From assembly GCA_001821055.1 (NCBI GenBank), contig MHRT01000007.1, positions 7,931 through 71,930 of the forward strand: 64,000 bases of DNA. The letters are read 5' to 3'. This stretch comes from Candidatus Taylorbacteria bacterium RIFCSPHIGHO2_12_FULL_45_16 (GTDB taxonomy: Bacteria > Patescibacteriota > Minisyncoccia > Phycocordibacterales > PALSA-1337). Positions 29,533 to 39,000 of the stretch are shown here, in pieces. The translations under genes were made by a program, and so were the position numbers. The notes beneath the pieces are model-generated. The model saw only the letters and a list, made by a program, of their open reading frames with translations, had not been told where the DNA came from and made no database searches. Position 1 is the first letter of the stretch. Each line of letters begins with the position of its first letter.

Positions 29533-29980
29533 AATTCTACAAAGGAACTATTGAACTATTTGCTAACGCCTCTCTTCAAAATAAATGACCTGAAATTTGA
29601 AAGCTGAGTTGACACAGTTTCAATCTCATAACGAACCTGGGTCAACTCAGATACAGGCACATGATTATTATCCTCTATGATATATAGAATAGATCTTACC
29701 TCACCAGCTGAACCCTTGGCCACGTTTAGAAAATATGCGAATTCTTTGTTTGTGTCTCTTTCAAATCCTTCCGAGATATTTAACATAATAGAATAGCTGG
29801 CACGTTTCAATTGATCAGACAAAGAAAAATCCCTTCGCAGTTTTTCGTTTCTGCTCAATAAATCGTATATGTCCTTAACTACCCGTCTAGCATCTTGCCA
29901 AACGGGTAGTTCCTCGAATCTCTTATAAACCATTTTGTTTAATTGTTAAATGGTTAAATGGTTCCTTAGTAGAATTGCTG
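29533..29980 (-). mobile_element. ~450-nt cassette bounded by ~25-nt inverted repeats (CAATTCTAC[A/T]AAGGAAC...ATTGAAC) that encloses the four-helix-bundle gene
   Basis: Left end caattctacaaaggaactattgaactatt. Right end aattgttaaatggttaaatggttccttagtagaattg. It lies between convergent efp and rpsR. Confidence 0.55.
29556..29933 (-). CDS. Four-helix-bundle protein (23S rRNA intervening-sequence protein / Avd-like family)
   Basis: ELPVWQDARRVVKDIYDLLSR...FSLSDQLKRASYSIMLNISEGFERDTNKEFAYFLNVAKGSAGEVRSILYII matches the family consensus. Confidence 0.8.
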   Translation of the reverse strand: MVYKRFEELPVWQDARRVVKDIYDLLSRNEKLRRDFSLSDQLKRASYSIMLNISEGFERDTNKEFAYFLNVAKGSAGEVRSILYIIEDNNHVPVSELTQVRYEIETVSTQLSNFRSFILKRGVSK

Positions 29981-30184
29981 TTAACTCGCCACATACGGCA
30001 GCAAACCCATAAACCTGGCGCGTTTGACAGCCATCGCCAACTGACGCTGATACTTGGCGGCGATTCCGGTGCGCTTACGGGAAAGAATACGGCCGTGAGG
30101 ATTCAAGAATTTTTTCAAGACTTCCGTGTCCTTGTAATCAATATGCTTGATATTATGTTGACTGAAATAACACTGCTTTTTCAT
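29981..30184 (-). CDS. rpsR: Ribosomal protein S18
   Basis: [63 protein letters not shown]. Confidence 0.9.
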   Translation of the reverse strand: MKKQCYFSQHNIKHIDYKDTEVLKKFLNPHGRILSRKRTGIAAKYQRQLAMAVKRARFMGLLPYVAS

Positions 30185-30204
30185 GATTGTTTGGTGGTTA
30201 AATT

Positions 30205-30675
30205 TTAGAATGGTATATCGTCTGGGTTAATTTCCTCGGCCGGATATTCGATCTTGTCCGCCGGAGCATCTGGCTGCTCTGCTCCACCCTTTGTGGCGAC
30301 TGGAGCTGATGACACGCCACTGGATCCTGCGCCAGCTCCGGATCCCATTGGTTTATTGCCAAACTGGACATTGTCCGCAATAATCTCTGTGCGATATCTC
30401 TTCTCTCCATCCTTACCCTCCCAGCTCCTTGTCTGGAGGCGACCTTCAATAAGCACTTGTTGGCCTTTCTTCAGATATTGGGCTGATAGCTCCGCGGTTC
30501 GACCAAAAACGGCTACATTGTGAAATTCCACTGAATCTTGACGATTGCCATCTTTGTCCTTGTAGGAGCGATTGGTGGCCACTCCAAAACTGCAGACCTT
30601 AATGCCAGACGGTAAAGCTTTGAGTTCTGGATCACGGGTAAGATTTCCTATAATGAGTGCTTTGTTTAGATACAT
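30205..30675 (-). CDS. ssb: Single-stranded DNA-binding protein
   Basis: OB fold ...[12 protein letters not shown]...[12 protein letters not shown]... and the C-terminal acidic tip DDIPF. Confidence 0.9.
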   Translation of the reverse strand: MYLNKALIIGNLTRDPELKALPSGIKVCSFGVATNRSYKDKDGNRQDSVEFHNVAVFGRTAELSAQYLKKGQQVLIEGRLQTRSWEGKDGEKRYRTEIIADNVQFGNKPMGSGAGAGSSGVSSAPVATKGGAEQPDAPADKIEYPAEEINPDDIPF

Positions 30676-30750
30676 GGTATTTTAATAGTTAGTTATTGGT
30701 AATTGGTTATTAGCGACACAACTAGTCACTAGTTACCGGTAACTGGTTCT

Positions 30751-31317
30751 CTAGATTCCCTCTTTCACCATATTGTCTATACTCTTGTCCATTTCTTCAA
30801 CGGTTGCCGGAACAATGTCTTTTCTATCGTCAGTCAAGGCGCCTGAAATGGTGGCGGGCGCTATCGGAACAAAAGATACTGGGACTAGAGCCGGCGCGCG
30901 TTTGCCGAGATAGGTATCCTCGCGGACCGTGGAAACTAGAAGCGCGCGTAAAACAGACGGAAGAAGCTCAACGGCCTTCTTGACTGTTTCTATTTTATCG
31001 GAGCCAAGCTCGAATTTGATCCAGCCAAAATAGGCATTATCGTGTCTCTCGTATCCGCCGGATAAGTTCTTTTTGCTGATAGTATAGGCGAGTTGTTCGC
31101 GATGTGGAGTTTCATCCGTGATGACCGTCGCTCCGGCGTCAACAATAATTTTTTTCACTGCGTCCGCCTCTTCCGGAACTTTCTCCTCCGGAATAGCAGA
31201 AACAATGAGGTATCCGATCTCATACACCGACACCTCGTTGTGAGTAGTTGTCATAAGTATTTTTGCGGCCTGTGACCCGCCGGATATTCCTTTGGGACCT
31301 TTCGACAGAAAGGACAT
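30751..31317 (-). CDS. rpsF: Ribosomal protein S6 with a C-terminal extension (true start may be Met22)
   Basis: YEIGYLIVSAIPEE...REQLAYTISKK...GGYERHDNAYFGWIKF, in the conserved rpsF-ssb-rpsR order. Confidence 0.75.
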   Translation of the reverse strand: MSFLSKGPKGISGGSQAAKILMTTTHNEVSVYEIGYLIVSAIPEEKVPEEADAVKKIIVDAGATVITDETPHREQLAYTISKKNLSGGYERHDNAYFGWIKFELGSDKIETVKKAVELLPSVLRALLVSTVREDTYLGKRAPALVPVSFVPIAPATISGALTDDRKDIVPATVEEMDKSIDNMVKEGI

Positions 31318-31426
31318 ACCGCTTTAATTGTAATAAATGACAGGCTATCACAAATCCTACCCCAACGCAAGAACATGCAGCCCGCGCGACGCGTAGCGCG
31401 AAGGCCATGAAAGTGTATCAGAAAGA

Positions 31427-31480
31427 GATAAAGAAATGCTGAAGAAGTGATAAAGTTTTGCTGAAGTTTTGCTTTTACCG
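31427..31480 (+). repeat. Copy 2 of the ~43-nt intergenic repeat, upstream of rpsF
   Basis: gataaagaaatgctgaagaagtgataaagttttgctgaagttttgcttttaccg. Confidence 0.7.
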
Positions 31481-31512
31481 CCAATTATCGTAGTCCAAAC
31501 CTGATAGTCATG

Positions 31513-32049
31513 CTACTGCCTCACCCTTATTGCCCGCTCCACATTACGAGCGCTTGACGATGGTCCACCCGACACGCAGTCTATATTATAGCCACGGGCT
31601 TCAAAGATTTTCCTCAGATTACCGCTGGAGTCATAACCAACCCAAATCTTCAGTAGCGCGCATCCGCTCTGTCCAAATGAAATCGGGATGCCTTTGTTAT
31701 TATTATAAGAGTCTATTGAATAAAATGGCGTGATGAATGTGTCTGAAAACTCGCTTGGAACAAAATCTATTTTTTGAAACAGGTTTCCCGTGACAGTGAA
31801 ACTTCCACATCCAATTGTCGCCGGCGAAGAGGTCGCGCCGTTCCAACCGGAGCCGGAAACAGCGCATTCAATCGCGCTATCGGCATTATAGAACGAATAC
31901 ATTGAATCCCTAGCCGCGGCCGAAAGTATGTATTGCTTCTTGGCGATACCTGTCACGAATGCCGCCACGCCAAGAACAAGCGAGGAGACCAAGACCGCGA
32001 ATAGAAGTGTGTAGCCGGAATGTTTGTTTTTTTTGTTCATAGTAATCAA
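31513..32049 (-). CDS. Pilin-like protein (hydrophobic N-terminal helix; atypical prepilin motif GYTLL)
   Basis: MNKKNKHSGYTLLFAVLVSSLVLGVAAFV. Adjacent to three canonical prepilin-type genes. Confidence 0.45.
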   Translation of the reverse strand: MITMNKKNKHSGYTLLFAVLVSSLVLGVAAFVTGIAKKQYILSAAARDSMYSFYNADSAIECAVSGSGWNGATSSPATIGCGSFTVTGNLFQKIDFVPSEFSDTFITPFYSIDSYNNNKGIPISFGQSGCALLKIWVGYDSSGNLRKIFEARGYNIDCVSGGPSSSARNVERAIRVRQ

Positions 32050-32720
32050 AGCATTGAATCGGTCATTATATTGGTCAACCTTATTTCATTTGGTATGTTC
32101 CCGTCTTTCCATGTGACCACGACTGTGACCTGCACTTCATCTCGCCGGCCATTTATTTCTGTGATATAAAGATAACGAGAAAAGATAGTTGGGCCTTCAA
32201 CGTCCTCATTATAGAATGAACCCTTGTTTACATAACCGGTATTTTTTAGGATTTCAAAGTCATATTTATTATATAGATAACAATCGACAGAAGAACTATT
32301 CGGACCCGAAGATGGATCGCATGACTCGACGACGGTCCTCATGCGTTTTTCTAATCTATCCTCGAGAGTAAGGGTAGGTGTATCAATAATCTTGTAAGTA
32401 ATAAAACAAGGGGTCGTATTTCTACATGTGTCAAAAATAGCGATTACTTCACCTGACGAAAGAGTAAAAAAGAGGTCTTCAAAAGTGTACAAGTTCGGAA
32501 GATTGAATTTGTTATTCTTTGTTTCCTTTATCAATTCCATAGCTTCTTGTGCCAAGAAAGATGCCGTCATTTGGTTTTTTGCATACAAAGCCGCCGTCAG
32601 GCTCTTGTTTGCCGCAACCAAGGGACCGGCAATGGCAATCATGAGCACGGTGATTGCCACCAAAGTCTCAACGATAGTAAAACCTCCGTCTTTGTCCTTG
32701 AATTGTTTATTATTGATCAT
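32046..32720 (-). CDS. Type IV pilin / pseudopilin-like protein (prepilin-type N-terminal methylation domain)
   Basis: GGFTIVETLVAITVLMIAIAGPL. Confidence 0.7.
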   Translation of the reverse strand: MINNKQFKDKDGGFTIVETLVAITVLMIAIAGPLVAANKSLTAALYAKNQMTASFLAQEAMELIKETKNNKFNLPNLYTFEDLFFTLSSGEVIAIFDTCRNTTPCFITYKIIDTPTLTLEDRLEKRMRTVVESCDPSSGPNSSSVDCYLYNKYDFEILKNTGYVNKGSFYNEDVEGPTIFSRYLYITEINGRRDEVQVTVVVTWKDGNIPNEIRLTNIMTDSML

Positions 32721-32748
32721 GATTGATTCTAAATGAGAAGTACTATAA

Positions 32749-33384
32749 CTATTGTTTGACTCTCTGTGTTATGGAAGTCTGCACATCAAAATAAGTCTTT
32801 TCTTTTTCATCCACGCCGGCATAGCCGATCAGACGAACAAGGATACGCGGATAAGGAAGGGCGGTTCCATTTTCTTCTTGAGACATTACAGCAAGACGAT
32901 AGTCGGTAATCACAACATTGGACGAGATAACCGGCAAAAAACCATTCGAATTATTCTGGAGCAAATTTATGTTATCGGCGCACAAGTTTTGTTGAGCCTT
33001 CATAAGTTGATAGCCATCGGTCGGGTCACCATAAAAGCGGTAAGCATAGACCAGACGACATTGGTCACCTGACGCTGGAGTTCTTGATGATTCAAAAAAT
33101 ATACCAGAGTTCCTACCCAAATTACATTTATTTACCGTCAAGCCCGATGAGCCATTATAGTTGAAGTTGCCATCTATGACACAGTGGTAACTGGTCCCGA
33201 CCCTCAATTCACGTGACATTGACTCAAAGGCAAAATTCAGATTGGTAAATGCCTCCTGGATGGCCTGGGCCTTGTGGTTGGCGGAGATGATTCTGACCAA
33301 AGCGCCCAGAGCCACGACCGCCACCACGGAAAATATGCCGAGAGCGACAATCATTTCTATCATAGTAAAACCGCTCTTCCCCAT
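32749..33384 (-). CDS. Type IV pilin / pseudopilin-like protein (start set at MGKSGFTMIE)
   Basis: GFTMIEMIVALGIFSVVAVVALGAL. Confidence 0.7.
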   Translation of the reverse strand: MGKSGFTMIEMIVALGIFSVVAVVALGALVRIISANHKAQAIQEAFTNLNFAFESMSRELRVGTSYHCVIDGNFNYNGSSGLTVNKCNLGRNSGIFFESSRTPASGDQCRLVYAYRFYGDPTDGYQLMKAQQNLCADNINLLQNNSNGFLPVISSNVVITDYRLAVMSQEENGTALPYPRILVRLIGYAGVDEKEKTYFDVQTSITQRVKQ

Positions 33385-33437
33385 GAAAAAACTGGAGCGT
33401 ATCGGTATATGGATCTTTACTTTTTTATTTTTCATTG

Positions 33438-34022
33438 TTAATTCTCCACTGAAATCTGACCATTTTTCCTCACGACAACATGCCTGATGCCATTATCAGG
33501 GGCTTGTAAGAATATTTTCGCGTATGAAGACGACGCGCAGGGACTGCCACTACAAATAATAGCATCCGGATGCGGGCGCTGGAAAGAAACATTCAAATTT
33601 GAAACGGATGAATTTATCATGGAACATGGATCTGTTAGACAAAAACCGGCAACTTTGGCGCCACGTTTGATGGCATATGAATTTATCAACAAGTCACTAC
33701 TACTGTATATCTTGTCTCCATTATTGTCGGCAAAAATCACAATCTTCTGATTGGTCATGCCTGAGACGCAATTGTTTGAACAAAATGCCACCCCGTAAGG
33801 GCTCTGGAACTGCGAGCTCTCTCCTCGCACGCTCAATCCGTATGTTTGGGCCGTGCGCAAAGTCAAAGCGACATCATAGGCAAGATTGGTCAGAAGGACG
33901 CTTTGGTTGAAATTGCCGTATTTTGCCATGAGAAGAGCGGTCATAAAGACAAAAATTGCCACGGACACAAGCAATTCCACTAACGTGAAGGCGCCAATCA
34001 TTTTACCGCGTGGTCTACTCAT
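33438..34022 (-). CDS. Type IV pilin / pseudopilin-like protein
   Basis: GAFTLVELLVSVAIFVFMTALLM. Confidence 0.7.
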   Translation of the reverse strand: MSRPRGKMIGAFTLVELLVSVAIFVFMTALLMAKYGNFNQSVLLTNLAYDVALTLRTAQTYGLSVRGESSQFQSPYGVAFCSNNCVSGMTNQKIVIFADNNGDKIYSSSDLLINSYAIKRGAKVAGFCLTDPCSMINSSVSNLNVSFQRPHPDAIICSGSPCASSSYAKIFLQAPDNGIRHVVVRKNGQISVEN

Positions 34023-34080
34023 GGGTTAATTATAGCTCCATTAAGATTTTTAGTCACTTTTGAGAAGCCTAGAGAAGGAA

Positions 34081-34911
34081 TCAAAAATCAAAAAAACTTC
34101 TAGCGTTCCGCGATAACTGTTCGGTGATGCCGGCAAAGCTCTGACCACTGATTTCAGAGATCTTTCTGATTGTCTCAATAACATGCAACGGCTCGCATCT
34201 CTTCCCTCGGTATGGCAGAGGCGCCACAAATGGGCAATCCGTCTCCGACATTATATTTGTAAGCGGTATTTGTTTGATTACCTCATCGTAATTTCGCGCA
34301 AATGTAATCACACCCGTAAATGACACTGTGTTTCCCATGTTTACTATGTCTCGTGCGTCCTCCAGAGTCCCCGCGAAAAAATGGAAATTGGCTCGGACTT
34401 TGGCGTGTTTCTTGATGATTTCAACAGCTTCCTGATATGCATTGTGCGTAGAAATAGTCTCAATTGATTTCGAACCAGACGAAACAGACTCTAGATTGGT
34501 CTTACCATTCCTTACATGCAACATCAGCGGCTTGTCTACTTCATTGGCAAGCTCGATGTGTCGCAAGAACATTTCTCTCTGCCGTGGAATCTCTTCCGGT
34601 CTTGAGTGAAAGTAATCCAAGCCGCACTCCCCGATGGCCACAACTTTTGATTGCTTCGCCAATTCTTTGACGCCTTCGAACTCTTTTTCAGCAACACTTG
34701 AATGCGTACTTGTCGGATGAATGCCCACAACCGCCCACATATTCTCATGAGTTTCAGCCAAAGAAATGGCTTGTCGAGATGATTCTAAATCCACGCCAAC
34801 AGTAATTATACCCACACCCGCTTCTTGGGCGCGTCTTATGACTTCTTCCCTGTCCGCCTCGTATTCAGGAAAATTTACATGGCCATGAATGTCGATATAT
34901 CGTGGATTCAT
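34081..34911 (-). CDS. tatD: TatD-family metal-dependent hydrolase
   Basis: N-terminal YIDIHGHVNF... and internal His/Asp/Glu metal ligands (...GECGLDY..., ...HVRNG...). Confidence 0.8.
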   Translation of the reverse strand: MNPRYIDIHGHVNFPEYEADREEVIRRAQEAGVGIITVGVDLESSRQAISLAETHENMWAVVGIHPTSTHSSVAEKEFEGVKELAKQSKVVAIGECGLDYFHSRPEEIPRQREMFLRHIELANEVDKPLMLHVRNGKTNLESVSSGSKSIETISTHNAYQEAVEIIKKHAKVRANFHFFAGTLEDARDIVNMGNTVSFTGVITFARNYDEVIKQIPLTNIMSETDCPFVAPLPYRGKRCEPLHVIETIRKISEISGQSFAGITEQLSRNARSFFDF

Positions 34912-34941
34912 ATCATTTTGTTGAGGCCTACTCTCGGATTT

Positions 34942-36384
34942 TCATTTCCTCAAAAAAAGCGGCTGTGCCGGAGATTTATTTTCCGCGACGCACTTTTTTA
35001 TGATCTCAGCGCTTATCGGCAATATCGGCTCGAGAAGTAAAGCGACGTCGGCCAATCCCCTGACTAATTGCTCAATAATCCGTGTCGCGTGATCTTTGGT
35101 GGCAGAATCTTTGGCTTTTTTGAACGGCTCTTCTTTCTGAATCAGAGCATCGAGCTTGCCAATCTTTGACCAAATAATATCCGATGCCGCTTTGACATCG
35201 TACCTGGCCAGCGCCGCGTCATATGATTCCGGAATGACCGGCGTAACCGGAACTTTTTTTATATTCACCTCCGCCATTTTCATAATCCGGCTGGTTAAGT
35301 TGCCGACGCCATTCGCCAAATGCGCGTTGTAAGCTTCTCTGAATTTTTCCATCGTAAAAGGACTGTCTTCAAAAGGACTCAATTCGCGAGCCACATAATA
35401 ACGCAACGCTTCCGTGCCATATTCCTTGACAATATCAAGCGGATCAACGGTATTGCCGAATGACTTTGACATCTTGACGCCTCCATCACCCGTGACAAAG
35501 CCGTCAATGACGATAGCGTGAGTCGGTGGCAACTTCGCGGCCATAAGCATCGCCTGCCACATGGCAGACTGTTGACGAAGATTGTCTTTGCCGCAATATT
35601 GGACCGGAGTCCCGTTTTTCCAAAATGTCTCAAATGTCTTCATGTCTTCCGGCCAGCCAAGCGTAGAGACATAATTGACCAATGCGTCGAACCAAACATA
35701 CATCACATGCTTGTCGTCGCTGGGGACGGAGATACCCCACGGCATTTTGGTCGCCAGACGGGAAATACTAAAATCTTCCAACCCACGCCCAACAAAAGCT
35801 TTTATCTCATTGAACCGGAAATCCGGCACCACCAGCATCGGATTTTCGGCGTAAAGTTCCAATAGCGGCTTTTGGAAGGCGCTGAACTTAAAAAAATAAT
35901 TCTCCTCATCAATCAGAATCAACTCCGTGGTAGGGTGAATGAAACATCTGCCTTGATCGTCAAGCTCGACGTCTGTTTTCTCCAGCTCACAGCCAGGGCA
36001 ATATTTCGTCTTGTAAAGTTTTTTGTATATAAAGCCGTTCTTGTCACACCGGCGCCAAAACTCTTGGGCGGCCGAAACATGATGCGGATCGGTCGTGCGG
36101 ACAAAGTGTATATCATCGCTCAAACCAAGCACGCTCTTGAGCTCTTTAAACTTGGTGGCATATCGATCAACAAATACTTGCGTATTCTCGTTGGAATTGA
36201 AGGCTTTTTGGTAAATTTTAACCCCATGCTCATCGGTCCCTGTATTGAAAAAAACCTCATATCCGGCTATTTTTTTGGCCCTGGCAATGATGTCGGCTCG
36301 GATAATTTCCATGGCAAAGCCGATATGTGGGTCGGAATTGACATATGGAAGCGTGGTGGTGATATAGAAAGGTTTTTTGCTCAT
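34942..36384 (-). CDS. metG: Methionyl-tRNA synthetase
   Basis: Class I HIGH-region YVNSDPHIGFAME, KMSKS, and a C-terminal anticodon-binding domain. Confidence 0.9.
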   Translation of the reverse strand: MSKKPFYITTTLPYVNSDPHIGFAMEIIRADIIARAKKIAGYEVFFNTGTDEHGVKIYQKAFNSNENTQVFVDRYATKFKELKSVLGLSDDIHFVRTTDPHHVSAAQEFWRRCDKNGFIYKKLYKTKYCPGCELEKTDVELDDQGRCFIHPTTELILIDEENYFFKFSAFQKPLLELYAENPMLVVPDFRFNEIKAFVGRGLEDFSISRLATKMPWGISVPSDDKHVMYVWFDALVNYVSTLGWPEDMKTFETFWKNGTPVQYCGKDNLRQQSAMWQAMLMAAKLPPTHAIVIDGFVTGDGGVKMSKSFGNTVDPLDIVKEYGTEALRYYVARELSPFEDSPFTMEKFREAYNAHLANGVGNLTSRIMKMAEVNIKKVPVTPVIPESYDAALARYDVKAASDIIWSKIGKLDALIQKEEPFKKAKDSATKDHATRIIEQLVRGLADVALLLEPILPISAEIIKKCVAENKSPAQPLFLRK

Positions 36385-36509
36385 GTAAAATATAGTCTAG
36401 CGTAAAATTGTAGTTCAGGAAAGCGAACATGCACATATTTTTCTGCACTCGGAGAACTGTTTGAGCGACGATGTGCATGTCCACTTTCCCATTTTGCACT
36501 TTACATTTC

Positions 36510-37610
36510 TCACTTTGCATTATTCCCCACCGTTTCCCTCTCGGCCCGCTCCAACTTTTTGTACTTTTCAATATCGTGAACGTATTCCATAAACGCCGCG
36601 GACAACGGGACGGCTATCAACGCGCCCAGTACGCCGGCCAATTTCGCTCCAATAACAAGGGCAATTATGACCACAATCGGTGATATACCGACGATTTTTT
36701 TGACGACCAGAGGGTAAAACAAATGGTTTTCAAATTGATGAATGATAAGATAAAGACCGACTATCAGAAAGCCGACGCCCGTGCCGCGATTGGTAAACGC
36801 AATCAAGGCGGCCGGCACCGCGGAAACGATGGGGCCAAAAACTGGGATGATCTCCAACGCGGCCGCAAAAACTGCCAACAAAAGCGCGTGCGGTATTCCA
36901 ACCACGATCAATATCAGATAAACAAGCAATCCGACGATGATTCCCAGCAAGACCTGTCCCTGCAACCACAAACCTATCTTGCGCTGTGAGCGTTTCCAAA
37001 GATCCAGAATATAATCATAATGCTTGACAGGCGTGACAATACGAAGAAAATCATCCACACCCTCTTCTTGGGCGGCCAAATAGAAAGACAGGACCAAAAT
37101 TAAGATCAGACTCAACATGCCACCAAAAATCATACTGACGGTCTGAACCGCGCTATTGCTCGATCCTATGAGAAAGTCCTGCAAACCTTTGGCTAAATCA
37201 GACAGTGAGAATAAATGAGACGATACCGATGGGACGCTACCAACTTGGAGACCGGCGTTGCCGGCTGGATTCCAGAGCGAATCAAGCGAAATCGTCTTTG
37301 GCAAAGCATCAAGAAAATTGACCGTGTCGCCAATCACCATCGGCAGAAAAAATACCACAACAGAGACGACCGCGACGGCAATGCAAAGATATATGCAGAC
37401 GACCGCGACGATGCGATGGAAATGATAACGTCTGAGGCGACGCACGATAGGCTCCATGCCTGACGCGAGGACTACAGCGGCTAGAATAACCAGAAGTATA
37501 TCAGACACATAATAGAGTAACGCCAAAACTACCAGCACGCCAAAAAATCTGACAATCGTCCCCGTACTGATATCAAAATGCGTGTCACGTGATGGGAATT
37601 CCATGAACAC
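36510..37610 (-). CDS. AI-2E family transporter (PerM/YhhT-like)
   Basis: 8-TM protein with the family-typical ...LEIIPVFGPIVSAVPAALIAF... Confidence 0.8.
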   Translation of the reverse strand: MFMEFPSRDTHFDISTGTIVRFFGVLVVLALLYYVSDILLVILAAVVLASGMEPIVRRLRRYHFHRIVAVVCIYLCIAVAVVSVVVFFLPMVIGDTVNFLDALPKTISLDSLWNPAGNAGLQVGSVPSVSSHLFSLSDLAKGLQDFLIGSSNSAVQTVSMIFGGMLSLILILVLSFYLAAQEEGVDDFLRIVTPVKHYDYILDLWKRSQRKIGLWLQGQVLLGIIVGLLVYLILIVVGIPHALLLAVFAAALEIIPVFGPIVSAVPAALIAFTNRGTGVGFLIVGLYLIIHQFENHLFYPLVVKKIVGISPIVVIIALVIGAKLAGVLGALIAVPLSAAFMEYVHDIEKYKKLERAERETVGNNAK

Positions 37611-37613
37611 ATC

Positions 37614-38897
37614 TTAGCACAAGAGATCGTTGATCTTGAAGTATTCCTCAAACGCCACTACGTCCTTGTACTTGCCAACGACGGCCATATTGAGATTTTC
37701 GTCGATGAATATCTCTCGCGCCAATTTCAAGATATCATCAACCGTCACTTTATTCATCTTATCTATAATATCTTCCGGCAATTCAATCTTCTTTTTTAAT
37801 ATTTCCTGTAGGCCGGCGTATTCGGCGCGGGACTCGGATGTCTCCAATTCCAATAGGGTTGTCCCGGAAATGTAATCCTTGGCTTTTTTCAATTCGGCGT
37901 CGGAAACCGGTTCGTTTTTGAGTTTTTTGAATTGGACTAATATCTCTTTGACTGCTTCATGAACACGGTTAGTATCAACCCCGACCGAGACAGTGAGATC
38001 ACCATGGTCAGTATTTGGATTGTGCGAAGAACGGATGTAATAACATAAACCCAACTGATCTCGCAGACGCTCGAATAGTCGTGAACTCATTCCTCCACCG
38101 AGTATGGTTGACAAAACTTGCATAGTTGGTATGCGTTTGTCCAAAATTGGAAATGTGCGAAACCCAACGACCAAATGCGTCTGGTCCGTTTCTTTGTATT
38201 TCAGTTTGACAGCCGGGGCAATCTGCGATTCTATGACAGGAATCTTTTCCTTTTTCCCTGACACGGAAATACCGGAAAATGCCTGGGTGATTTTCTGTAT
38301 GACGCTAGTTTGGTCAAAGGAGCCAGAAACCACCACTGTCGTGGCTTTGCTGACATAGTGCTCGGTCCTATATTTTACAAGTTGTTCACGGGTGTATGAA
38401 CGGACATGATTTTCGGTGCCCAGAACATTCCATCCTGCCGGTTGATCTCCAAAGAGAAGTGAGGCAAAGATATCCTGGACATCTCGTTGCGGCAGATCCT
38501 GATACATGCGTATTTCTTCAATAATCACGCCCTTCTCTTTTTCCATATCCTCTGTTTTGAATATGGGATTGACATAAAGGTCGGAAATAATATCAAGCAC
38601 CTGACCAAAACGATCGGCACTGACTTTAGCGTAATATCCTGTGTATTCTTGACTGGTAAAGGCGTTGTAATGAGCCCCCAAACCATCCAATTCGCGTGAA
38701 ATATCCGTGGCATTCGGTCTGCGTGATGTGCCCTTGAACATCATATGCTCCAGAAAATGCGAAATGCCGCTGATTTTCTTAGTCTCGTATTTTGATCCGG
38801 TTTCAACCATGACAAGCACGGTGACCGAAGGATTGTCTGCCATGGGTATGGTGATAACGCGCAAACCGTTCGGGAGAGTGGTTTTGGTGAATTGCAT
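37614..38897 (-). CDS. M16-family (insulinase-like) zinc peptidase
   Basis: Inverted zinc motif GISHFLEHMMFKGT. Confidence 0.85.
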   Translation of the reverse strand: MQFTKTTLPNGLRVITIPMADNPSVTVLVMVETGSKYETKKISGISHFLEHMMFKGTSRRPNATDISRELDGLGAHYNAFTSQEYTGYYAKVSADRFGQVLDIISDLYVNPIFKTEDMEKEKGVIIEEIRMYQDLPQRDVQDIFASLLFGDQPAGWNVLGTENHVRSYTREQLVKYRTEHYVSKATTVVVSGSFDQTSVIQKITQAFSGISVSGKKEKIPVIESQIAPAVKLKYKETDQTHLVVGFRTFPILDKRIPTMQVLSTILGGGMSSRLFERLRDQLGLCYYIRSSHNPNTDHGDLTVSVGVDTNRVHEAVKEILVQFKKLKNEPVSDAELKKAKDYISGTTLLELETSESRAEYAGLQEILKKKIELPEDIIDKMNKVTVDDILKLAREIFIDENLNMAVVGKYKDVVAFEEYFKINDLLC

Positions 38898-39000
38898 GGA
38901 GATAATGTAACAGAAAAATCACGAATGAGCGAATCATTTCGTACCAAATCCGGAAGTCATGACCGCCGGTATATGCACCTACTACGAACTTACAGACGTG

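Noticed and set aside
29556-29933. Diversity-generating retroelement (DGR) centred on the Avd-like four-helix-bundle gene
   Set aside because: There is no reverse-transcriptase ORF, no template/variable repeat pair and no C-type-lectin target gene anywhere in the window. The family also includes non-DGR 23S-IVS proteins, and that reading fits the rRNA-IVS copy of the repeat better.
36385-36510. T-box or attenuator upstream of metG (inverted repeat ACATGCACAT...ATGTGCATGT)
   Set aside because: No T-box consensus (AGGGUGGNACCGCG) and no U-run after the stem. Possibly just a weak terminator for the upstream transporter gene, so not reported as a feature.
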